DNA from: Octopus sinensis
Lineage: Eukaryota
Length of the DNA: 24,147 nucleotides
Assembly: GCF_006345805.1 (NCBI RefSeq)
Contig: NW_021824236.1
Coordinates: forward strand, 1-24,147
Direction of reading: 5' to 3'
Of this stretch, positions 1 through 9,851 are shown piece by piece. The position numbers were made by a program, and so were the translations under genes. The first letter of the stretch is position 1. The number at the start of each line of letters is the position of its first letter. The notes beneath the pieces are model-generated. The model made no database searches, was not told where the DNA came from, and saw nothing but the letters and a program-made list of their open reading frames with translations.

Positions 1-629
1 GAGGGTGAGGAGGTAGGACCTAGGATCCGGCATGATGGGATAGCGGAAAAAAAAATTCGAAAAAACAAAAAAAACAAAAAACAAAAATTATCGTATGAAA
101 AAAATAGAAAAAAAGTGGAAAAAACAAACGTTCAAAAAAACAAAAAAATAATAATCGTATGAAAAAACTAGATAAGTAAGCGATAGGGGCAGAAAAGACG
201 GGGCAAACGGAAAAGGGAAAGAAAGAAGGGAAGCAGAGAGAGGGGGAGGCAAAAAAAGGGGGGTGCAGGCAGAGGAAACGGAGTATGGACATCCAGAGAG
301 GGAAGAAAGACGGAAAGGAGAACAAAAATTCAGGAAAATGTGGAAAGCATGAAATGAATGTAAAAAAAGTGGTAATATAAGAGAAAATAAAAATACAACA
401 AACGGGACAGTTTATGCGAACAAGTTCAAGGTTGAAAGTTCAAGGTAAGAAATGTGTAGACGTCGTGGTATATTTTTTAAGGATTTCACATCAATGCAAA
501 GTCACTTTGATCCGCGAAAGAGAGGTGCAGCGATGGTAAGTATCCAAGAGGTAAAGAAAATCCAGGTAGAGGTAAGTGTGATAGTGGTATTGGTAGAATA
601 TAGGATGAAAGTGAGACCACGTGAGCGCA

Positions 630-850
630 TATATATAACGGGAAGCTTTATGAAAATAAACAAAAGACGAAGGCAGGTGGAAAACAAACGAACAATTGTA
701 TTAGTATGACGCTCAGGAAATATAAATAAAACAAGTCTTTAACGTTTCGAGCCTACGCTCTTCAACAGAAAGATACACAGAGAGAGAAAACACAGAAGAA
801 GAAGGAGAGAAAAAAAATGCGTGCAGTAGCTAACGAATCAACATGGCGAT
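630..850 (-). mobile_element. Penelope-like pseudo-LTR-type repeat carrying a minimal hammerhead (family shared with 14665-14858)
   Basis: Reverse complement aligns by eye with 14665-14858 (…tcgttagc…tctctcctt…tttctgtNgaNgagcgtaggctcgaaacgtNaaagac…ttcctgagcgtNatactaatac…ccacctgNcttcgtctt…). Ends at a (TA)n run. PLE assignment is inferred from the minimal-hammerhead architecture. Confidence 0.65.
736..773 (-). ncRNA. Minimal type-I hammerhead ribozyme candidate (core CUGUUGA + extra A)
   Basis: Minus strand reads TCTTT-CTGTTGA-A-GAGC gtag GCTC-GAAAC-GTT-AAAGA: 5-bp stem I, 4-bp stem II, palindromic ACGT stem III, GUU cleavage triplet. Confidence 0.65.
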
Positions 851-946
851 CTGATTTCGGCCAGAGGTCAAAGATCAAACATGAGACGCGAGAGCGAAAT
901 AAGGGGAGATAATAGGGTTGATAATAGGGTTGAGGGACCAGCTAAA

Positions 947-1280
947 AGTGCGTGGGAGGGGTCTGGATGTGTGTATGTAGGGTTGGTGTATGTATTAGTA
1001 TGTATAAGGGTGTGTGTGTGTGTGTGTGTGTGTATGAGAGAGTATTAGTGCGTAGGATTGGTCTGGACGTGCGTATGTATGGGGTTGGTGTATGATGTAT
1101 TAGTATGTATTAGTATGTATTAGTACGTATTGGTATGTATAGGTGTGTGTGTGTGTGTGAGAGAGTATAAGTGCGTATGCGGGGTCTGGACGTGTGGTAT
1201 GTATAGGTTGGTGTAAGTATTAGTATGTACTAGTATGTATTAGTACGTATTAGTATGTATTAGTTGGTGTGTGTATTAGT
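947..1280. repeat. Three imperfect ~100-120 bp tandem units with nested (TATTAGTATG)n and (TG)n
   Basis: agtgcgt…ggtctggaYgtg…ggttggtgta recurs at ~947, ~1047 and ~1170. Confidence 0.75.
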
Positions 1281-1333
1281 ATGGCACATCATATGTGATG
1301 TGATGTGTAAAGTCATGTGGTGTGTAGTGAGGA

Positions 1334-1383
<50 letters not shown>

Positions 1384-1431
1384 TATATATATTATAATAT
1401 CTATATATACATATATATCATATTGATAATA

Positions 1432-1615
1432 ATTAATTCGAGACAAAACCATATTTTGCAAAACAAACAAGGAAAGACTTAATCAATACATAAAAATTTT
1501 TTAATATAAAGAAATAAATAAATATTTATTTATTTATTTATATTAAAAATTTTTATGTATTGATTAAGTCTTTCCTTGTTTGTTTTACAAAATAGTGGTT
1601 TTGTCTCGAATTAAT
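1432..1615. repeat. ~184-bp near-perfect spacerless palindrome
   Basis: attaattcgagacaaaacc…aaataaataaat | atttatttattt…ggttttgtctcgaattaat, centre at 1523/1524, few mismatches. Confidence 0.9.
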
Positions 1616-1731
1616 ATTATATAATATTTTACTATAAAATTGGATTTAATCCTAAATCTGATTTTTTCCCTGTAAATTTGGATTTATTCCCTAATATTAT
1701 ATATATATATATGATTATATTTTCGCAGCAT

Positions 1732-1950
1732 ATTCTTTACTACTCCAGGCACAAGGCCTGGAAGTTTTGGGGAAGGTGTGCCAGTCGATTATATCGACCC
1801 CAGTACGCAACTGGTACTTAAATTATCGACCCCGAAAAGATGAAATGCAAAGTCGACCTCGGCGGAATTTGAACTCACAACGTGAAGACCGATGAAATGC
1901 CACTAAGCATTTTACCCGGCGTGCTAACGTTTCTGCCAGCTTGCCGCCTT
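1732..1950 (-). mobile_element. tRNA-head SINE
   Basis: Minus strand: aaggcggcaagcTGGCAGAAACGTTAG (A-box-like) … GAGTTCAAATTCC (B box). Degenerate relatives at ~17080-17252 and ~23940-24147. Confidence 0.75.
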
Positions 1951-2259
1951 TCTTAGACTTCAAATAACAATAAAGCACAGGTAAATATTGAACCAGCGTT
2001 TTACAGTTACTGAATGTCTCACGTTTCTCTTGAATTTCTTTATGAAACCATGTCCACCTTTCGACCTACACCCAATTCGGTGTCAAATTACTCAAGATTT
2101 ATCACAAGTCATTCCTTACCTCCTTTCACACGCACAAATAACTCACTTTCTTATATTGTTTGGCAATTCTCTTAATTCTTAACTTTGAAAAGCCAGACAT
2201 CCAAGCTCCCACCCTCCACTTCTCCCTCTTTTTTCCGCTCCACTTCCCACATACACATA

Positions 2260-2290
<31 letters not shown>

Positions 2291-2833
2291 CACACACACA
2301 CAAATACGGAGACATCCTTTATAGAAAAAAAATTCCTTAAAATAAAAACACACAAAAAACCTTTTTTTTTTTTTAGTATCAAGAACAACAATAAGATCGA
2401 CACGAAAATAATTATAACACAATAAAAAAATATAAAGGGGAGGGGCAGAAATAAGAACGAAATACCAAAGAACAAAAGAACGACAACAATAACAACAAAA
2501 AAACTACGGCAAAAACTTCGGCAACAAAAATAAAAGACAAACTAAACAATCAACAAATCTTGTGCTTCAGAGCGTAAAGTGTATCTCGGCTAAGTCACCA
2601 GGGGAGTAAATAGTGCTCTAGTTCGTTCTCAACCAAACCCCTCACAACATAGACGTCGGTCAGAAGAAATCTGACCCACGATGTATAAGACTTAGAGCGC
2701 CTGTTTTTTGTGGAGCTTTTTTATTTTTTTTTTGTCATTTTATTTTTTACTTTATTTTATTATTATTTTCTTTCTCTTTTTTTTTTAACCTTTTATATCG
2801 GTTTCTTTGTTTATATTCGCTTTAGTGTTGGTA

Positions 2834-2863
2834 CTGCTGCTGCTACTACTACTACTACTACTA

Positions 2864-2905
<42 letters not shown>

Positions 2906-3235
2906 ACGCACCTCATCCGACGGCACCCCTGTGGCAAATACATGAAATCTCCATGATAGACGACGTCATTCTCATGGTCATCGCCATCGGCAATGATATC
3001 CCCATCGTCATCATAGTCGTCATCATCATCATCATCATCGTCGCCGTCGTCGTCAACATCAGCATCATCAACATCATCATCAATATCATCATCACCATCG
3101 TAATCACCGTTGTTGTCAGCGTCGTCGTCGTCATCATCGTCGTCGTCGTGAGTAGTAATAGCAGCTAAAGTAATAGTGGCGGTGGCGGTGGTGGTGATGG
3201 TGATGGTGGTGGTGGTGGTGTAGGTGTTAGTAGTA
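2834..3235. repeat. Trinucleotide low-complexity tract (CTA)n, (CAT/CGT)n, (GGT)n
   Basis: Visible directly; explains the poly-L/I/V/T ORFs here. Confidence 0.9.
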
Positions 3236-3381
3236 GTATCGACCCCTTAATTTTGTCCGACAAAAGGCTTCGTCAGCCGTGTAAACATTAAGTACAACGC
3301 AATTGAAGCGTTACGTTCCTCACAATTTAGGGTCTGGCCTGGTTTATCAGGGAGACAATTTACAAGCAATCATCTTTTGCC

Positions 3382-3434
<53 letters not shown>

Positions 3435-3499
3435 CTATCTATCTATCTATCTATATCTATCTATCTCTCTATCTATCTATCTATCTATCTATCTGTCTG

Positions 3500-3557
<58 letters not shown>

Positions 3558-3600
3558 ATCTGTCTGTCTGTCTCTATCTATCTATCTATATATATATATC

Positions 3601-3653
<53 letters not shown>

Positions 3654-3681
3654 CTGTGTGTGTATGTGTGTGTGTGTGTGT
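3382..3681. repeat. Compound microsatellite (TATC)n-(TA)n-(TG)n
   Basis: Visible directly. Confidence 0.95.
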
Positions 3682-3970
3682 GGAGGCGCAATGGCCCAGT
3701 GGTTAGGGAGCGGACTCGTGGTCGTAGGATCGCGTTTTCGATTCCCAGACCGGGCGTTGTGAGTGTTTCTTGAGCGAAAACAATTAAAGCTCCATGAGGC
3801 TCCGGCAGGGGGCGGTGGCGATTCCTGCTGTACTCTTTCGCCACAACTTTCTCTCACTCTTTCTTCTGTTGGCCTGCTCGCTTAGCCAGCGGGGTGGCGT
3901 CATTTGAAGGCTAAAACAATGCGAAGCGCATTGTGACCAGCGACGTGGTCGTTCACGGTGATCACGGTGA
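3682..3970 (+). mobile_element. tRNA-head SINE (head A + tail X)
   Basis: ggaggcgcaaTGGCCCAGTGGttagg A box, degenerate B box TTTCGATTCC. Closely similar copy at 11862-12165. Confidence 0.8.
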
Positions 3971-4119
3971 TATATATATATATACACACATATAAACACA
4001 CACGCTTGTGTGTGTGTATCAGTCTGCTTCTCTTTCTGACTCTGTGTCTATCTGTCGGCTTGTCTAGCTATTTGTCTGTCTGTTGGTTTATCATCAGTCA
4101 CAATCATCATTTCATATTC

Positions 4120-4478
4120 GTGGCATTTCGTCCGTTACGATGAGGAAGCTTCCAGTTGATCCGATCAAAGGAACAGCCTGCTCGTGAAATTAAGTGACTG
4201 AGCATTCCACAGAGATGTGTATCCTTAATGTAGTTCCAGCGTGACACAGAGTGTGACAAGGCTGGCCCCTTTGAAATACAGGTACAACAACAGAAACAGG
4301 AAGAAAGAGTGAGAGAAAGCTTTGAAGTACGCAAGGTTCGCAACCATCCCCTGCCGGAGCCTCGTGGAGCTTTAGGTGTTTTCGCTCAATAAACACTCAC
4401 AAAGCCCGGTCGGGGAATCGGAACCGCAATCCTCCAACCGCGAGGCCGCTGCCCTAACCACTGGGCCATTGCGCCTCC
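4120..4478 (-). mobile_element. tRNA-head SINE (head A + tail Y)
   Basis: The same head as 3682 on the minus strand, followed by a different tail (ccagccttgtcacac…ttgatcggatcaactg) that also occurs at ~23280-23448. Confidence 0.75.
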
Positions 4479-5526
4479 ACATCATTACATATGAATAGGT
4501 GCAAACATACATATATGTATGTGTGTGTGTATGTGCGTGTGAACGTGTTTTTCGGAGACACCACACACACACACACACACCACACACACACACACACACA
4601 AGCACGCACAGTTGTATCGGAGAGACAGTGAGCGTTAGCGAAAATGAACTGCTTGGTCTGTTCCGGAGGACTTTTGGGTCAGGTCCAATGAACAATTTCA
4701 TATTTTGTAAATTATGTAAATCAATATCCAACTTAATCATGATGAATAAAAATATATTTATTGGAAGGTTGTTATAACACAGATCTATTTACTTTTCTGT
4801 GAGCACATATTTCGGATATTTTCTGCTTGGCTGCCATCCTCCAATTTCTTCAATTTCTGTTCCAATTGATTTCATATTCGATGTAATGATGTAGCTTTGT
4901 AAGGTAATCATTGATATGAAATTCGTTTTCTTAATTCATTCAATGAATAAAGAGTTTGCCAGTCTTAAGCCACAGACATATTCATGCCAGTTTCCAAAGT
5001 AACAAGACAAGCCGTTACCAAGCTATTGACTCACTCGGTCATTTTTTGCTTATTAAACGGTGGTTGCGAGATGTGCAAAAAATAATAGCTAAATAGGCCT
5101 CAAATCAGGCACCAACTTTTTTGGGTGAGGGGAAGTTTGCATAATTGTATAAACTCCCGTGTGAAAAATACAAATTTGCAAAAATTTTTTTTAAATTTCA
5201 AAAAACAAAAAAGTTATATGGCGTGCGTAAAACAAAATTCCGCAAATATTTTATGCTTACAGTTCACAAGTCGCACAAAATGACAGCTTCCAGATCCTGT
5301 TTTCTCACTAGGTAAAAATGACCAAACTTTAAACCTCTGTAACGTTTCTTAAAGATTTTTCTAGAAAAGTCAAATATCACCCGACTAAACATCGAAATTT
5401 TCACAGCTGCAACCAAACAGAAAAGATCCTAAATTTCTTTTTATATTTTTCATAGAATTAATTTTGACATTGTTGCATGGCTAGTTTCAAGACTCACTCT
5501 TCAGTCATAGAATTAACGTCGCCTGC

Positions 5527-5868
5527 GCATGCCCGAGATGCGCGTAGAGCAACGAGACTGTTCAGCACACACGTGGACTGCGCTCGAGCATTGCTGACTT
5601 GAGTTGTCACACAGCTATGCTTCGCGGGGGCTGATTCGACTATCAGCAGAGTTCATTCTGAAGATCAACAGGCCACTTTCCTTTCGATGAGAAATAAGAT
5701 GCGTAGCTTTAAATGTCTGGTGGCCTTAGTAAAGGCGGTCGTATGGCGGCGGGAAGAAATACGTTTCTCTTGGGTCAATACTTCATCCAATTCTTTCAGG
5801 TTTTACTTGGAAAGGAAAACAAGGGTAAAAAGGGAGTTGTTGCTACCCACAAAATTTCATTTCTTGTA
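5527..5868 (+). pseudogene. Degenerate 3' fragment of an L1/Tx1-like ORF2 (zinc knuckle and C-terminus)
   Basis: Translates ACPRCA*SNETVQH… (Cx2C…ETxxH zf-RVT-like motif), then LIRLSAEFILKI and CLVALVKAVVWRR…FRFYLERKTRVKRELL, resembling L1/Tx1 ORF2 C-termini from memory. Has an in-frame stop. Confidence 0.55.
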
Positions 5869-6047
5869 GGTGAGTATAACTTGGTAAAATACACTATACC
5901 TTAACAAATTTTGCTTTCAGTTCCTAGAAATTCGCGAGCAGATATAGACACTTTCTCAGGCACCACATCCTTGAGTCTGCAAACCATCAAGGATGCAGGA
6001 GCTAGCAGGAGAAAGAGAGAGGGGTAGAGAGATATAGAGATTAAGAG

Positions 6048-6063
6048 ACAGATAGATAGATAA

Positions 6064-6108
<45 letters not shown>

Positions 6109-6109
6109 C

Positions 6110-6163
<54 letters not shown>

Positions 6164-6165
6164 GC

Positions 6166-6259
<94 letters not shown>

Positions 6260-6321
6260 GCAGACAGACAGATAGATAGATAGAAAGACAGACAGACAGA
6301 CAGACAGATAGATAGATAGAT

Positions 6322-6383
<62 letters not shown>

Positions 6384-6385
6384 GC
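6048..6385. repeat. (GATA)n/(GACA)n microsatellite
   Basis: Visible directly. Confidence 0.95.
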
Positions 6386-6693
6386 AAACAGACAGTCAGA
6401 CAGAAATAAGGAGAGATTGAGAGAGAGAAAACTAGAGTGATAACCAGCTGGTACTCGTTGAAATCTCAGTTGAATGGAGCAAAGTGAAAAGAAGTTTCTT
6501 ACTAACGCAACGACTGCCTGGTAAGGAAATAGACCCACAGCCTTAAGAGCGTGAGTCGAACACCATTAGCCTCACCGCTAGGTTACGTGCGTTCACAGCG
6601 ATATATACGTATATCGTGAATATGCATTAAATTTTTTGATTTCATTTTATTGGTCCAAGATCGTAGTAGCATGTCGAATGAGAAATAATAATG

Positions 6694-6778
<85 letters not shown>

Positions 6779-6783
6779 TAATA

Positions 6784-6832
<49 letters not shown>

Positions 6833-6836
<4 letters not shown>

Positions 6837-7086
6837 TCCTTAAACAATCCTTATTCAAGGACCTTTTGAGCGGGATGGGCTACTCAACCTGAAGAAAATT
6901 CTAACTGGGCCCCACCTGCAAGGTCATGTGCTGTTTATCTTGATATGAGATCACCATGTCGCGCACATATGGTTGTGATGCATGTGCCTGGTGTACCTTT
7001 ATCAGACGGGTAGTCATGATGGGTATATTGGGCTTCGTATATTTTACCCCAGTGTCACTTTGATGGCATGAACTGCTCTCTCACTC
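6833..7086 (+). mobile_element. (AAT)n-embedded non-coding element, copy 1 (5'-truncated, ~254 bp)
   Basis: Matches the 3' part of 20594-21151, ends …actgctctctcactc(AAT)n, (AAT)n on both sides. Confidence 0.85.
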
Positions 7087-7213
<127 letters not shown>

Positions 7214-7223
7214 GTAATAATAA

Positions 7224-7624
7224 TAACCAGTTTAGCATGTCCCTTGGTGGCTGACGATATGTGTATCTCTGATCACGAGCAGAAGTAGTGGGGGAGCATC
7301 ATAGTCATGTGTTGAGAGGGATTCTTTGGGGTTTGAATAATTCGCCTCTGGAAACATGGGTGGTTCTTTCAACATCCTTAAACAACCCTTATTCAGGGAC
7401 CTTTTGAGCGGGATGGGTTACTCGACCAGAAGAAAATTCTAACTGGGCCCCACCTGCAAGGTCATGTGCTGTTTATCTTGATATGAGATCACCATGTCGC
7501 GCACATATGGTTGTGATGCATGTGCCTGGTGTAACTTTATCAGACGGGTAGTCATGATGGGTCTATTGGGCTTCGTATATTTTACCCCAGTGTCACTTTG
7601 ATGGCATGAACTGCTCTCTCACTC
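7224..7624 (+). mobile_element. (AAT)n-embedded non-coding element, copy 2 (~400 bp)
   Basis: Starts taaccagtt…, same 3' end, (AAT)n on both sides. Confidence 0.85.
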
Positions 7625-7641
7625 AATAATAATAATAATAA

Positions 7642-8042
7642 TAACCAGTTGACCATGTCCCTTAGTGGCTGACGATATGTGCATCTCTGATCATGAGCAG
7701 AAATAGTGGGGGAACATCATAGCCGCGTGTTGAGAGGGATTCTTTGGAGTTTGAATAATTCACCTCTGGAAACATGGGGGTTTCGTTCAACATCCTTAAA
7801 CCACCCTTATTCAGGGACCTTTTGAGCGGGATGGGTTACTCGACCAGAAGAAAATTCTAACTGGGCCCCACCTGCAAGGTCATGCGCTGTTTATCTTAAT
7901 ATGAGATCACCATGTCAATCACATATGGTTGTGATGCATGTGCCTGGTGTACCCTTATCAGACGGGTAGTCATGATGGGTATACTGGGCTACGTATATTT
8001 TACACCAGTTTCACTTTGATGACATGCACTACTCTCTCACTC
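7642..8042 (+). mobile_element. (AAT)n-embedded non-coding element, copy 3 (~400 bp)
   Basis: Same start and end as copy 2, followed by (AAT/AAC)n. Confidence 0.85.
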
Positions 8043-8800
8043 AATAATAATAACAACAACAACAACAACAACAACAATAATAATAATAATAACAATAATA
8101 ATAATAATAATGATTATATTAATAATAATAATATATCTAAGAAGAAGTGGTTTTTATCATCGAGATTTTGTTCCTAAGTGGAATATCTCAGATTTTCGTT
8201 CACGATGTGTCCTACTTAATCAGGTCGTAGCTTTTAAATGAAATAAAATAAAAATATAAAAAAACTGTGAGTTCATCATATGTAAACGCCATGTTCAGCT
8301 TTAGATATGCTAGTTTGTTGATAATGATGGGTTCAAAGTTAATCTTTAGAAAGGAGTTAGTTGGTCTCAAGTTCGTCCTAGATGTCTTAGCTGGGTCTGG
8401 GTTGAGCTGACAACAAAAATGTCATTTACAGACGATCGTGAAATGGAGTGGGCAGTATGTAAAGAGAGATGTTTTGCATAACGGACTTCTAGCAGACGGC
8501 TAATGATTGCCTGGTTTCTTTCGTTTCCTAGAAGTAGAATGCAGAAAAACAATTTAACAGCTGTTTTAAGATACCACCATGTTGGAAGTTATTGGAAAGC
8601 GGAATGACTCTTTTAAGGTAGTGATCATCTTTATTAGCAAAGATGCCTAAAGCTTCAAGAAGGGTATCACTACAATAGTGAGTTACGTACATAGATACAC
8701 ATACATACATACATACATACATACATACATACATACATACTACATACATACATACATACATACATAGTCCATAAAATTATATATTGTATGTGTGTATATA

Positions 8801-8833
<33 letters not shown>

Positions 8834-9224
8834 CTAGCAGTATCGCCCGGCGTTGCTCGGGTTTGTAAGGGAAATAACTATATAAGCATTTTTAGAGTTA
8901 TAGCCAAAAAATAGCAAAAAATGCATTAAAAATGGGAAAAAAATTATGGTAAATTTTTTTTAATCGTTGACTCATCGTAGACATTTTTAGAGAGTTACTT
9001 CCCTTATATAATAGCGAAAAAATGCATTAAAATGGAAAAAAATGATGGTAAATTATTTTTAAAATCGTAGACACATCGTAGACGCGCGCTAATACCCAGA
9101 AGGGCTCGATATGAATCACGACTATAAGAAAACCCGGTTTTGGTTAAACTGCACGCAAAATGTGGGAGTAGTTAGGAATCTAAATCGTAGGAGACAGACA
9201 CAACTTCACTTTTATATATAAAGA
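8834..9224 (-). mobile_element. Non-autonomous Helitron (~390 bp)
   Basis: Minus strand begins A|TCTTTATATA and ends CCCGAGCAACGCCGGG (GC hairpin, 8846-8861) -cgatactg-CTAG|T. These are the canonical 5'-TC, subterminal hairpin, CTRR-3' and A/T target. Contains an internal ~95-bp tandem duplication. Confidence 0.8.
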
Positions 9225-9242
9225 TATATATAATATATATAT

Positions 9243-9658
9243 ACTCTTTACTCTTTTACTCTTTTACATGTTTCAGTCATTTGACTGCGGCCATGCTGGA
9301 GCACTGCCTTTAGTCGGGCAAATCGACCCCGGGACTTATTCTTTGTAAGCCCAGTACTTATTCAATCGGTCTCTTTTGCCGAACCGCTAAGTGATGGGGA
9401 CGTAAACACACCAGCATCGGCTGTCAAGCAATGCAAGGAGTACAAACACAGACACACAAACACATACACATACATACATATACATATATATACATATATA
9501 CGACAGGCTTCTTTCAGTTTCCGTCTACCAAATCCACTCACAAGGCATTGGTCGGCCCAGGGCTATAGCAGAAGACACTTGCACAAGATGCCACGCAGTG
9601 GGACTGAACCCGGAACCATGTGGTTGGTTAGCAAGCTACTTACCACACAGCCACTCCT
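9243..9658 (-). mobile_element. tRNA-head SINE with CORE-like segment, internal (TA/TG)n and (GTAAAAGA)n tail
   Basis: Minus strand: gagTGGCTGTGTGGtaag A box, GGTTCAGTCCC B box, cttgtgcaagtgtctt CORE-like motif. Reverse-complement match to 12889-13303. Confidence 0.8.
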
Positions 9659-9780
9659 GACTCTATATATGTATATAAAAAATAGAAAAGAGCGACAAAA
9701 CTACAGAAGGCTTGTTTTATAATATATTTAAGTCGTTATGTTAGAAAAATGTTATAAAATTTTGTATATAGTAACATAGT

Positions 9781-9828
9781 ATTTGGAGAAATTACCGGTT
9801 TCGTGTTAACTTTTCAAATTTCTCAAAT
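9781..9828 (-). ncRNA. Minimal type-I hammerhead ribozyme candidate, U3-A8 core variant
   Basis: Minus strand: ATTTGAGAAAT-TTGAAAA-GT taac AC-GAAAC-CG-GTA-ATTTCTC(C)AAAT. 7-bp stem I extendable past a bulge, G10.1-C11.1 pair, palindromic ACCGGT stem III, GUA triplet. Lies in the Penelope pseudo-LTR. Confidence 0.75.
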
Positions 9829-9851
9829 GTCTACATCGTGTCATGTCTTCG

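Noticed and set aside
3682-3760. tRNA gene (also 11862, 12889, 1950 minus)
   Set aside because: A/B boxes are present but there is no complete cloverleaf, and each continues into a repeated SINE body.
2710-3857. Hydrophobic and YLSI-repeat ORFs (also 5956-6869, 12501-14399, 22676-23218)
   Set aside because: Stop-free frames of microsatellites and SINEs with no domain motifs.
4600-4900. Possible host exon (also 8367-8690)
   Set aside because: Short open frames with no recognisable protein similarity and no convincing pair of splice sites.
5150-5420. Possible DNA-transposon fragment
   Set aside because: No terminal inverted repeats, target duplication or second copy found in the window.
7236-7360. 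Type-III hammerhead in the (AAT)n element (CATGTC…CTGACGA…GAAACATG)
   Set aside because: Stem I would be only 2 bp and stem II lacks a proper closing pair across ~90 nt. Both halves fit better into separate local hairpins.
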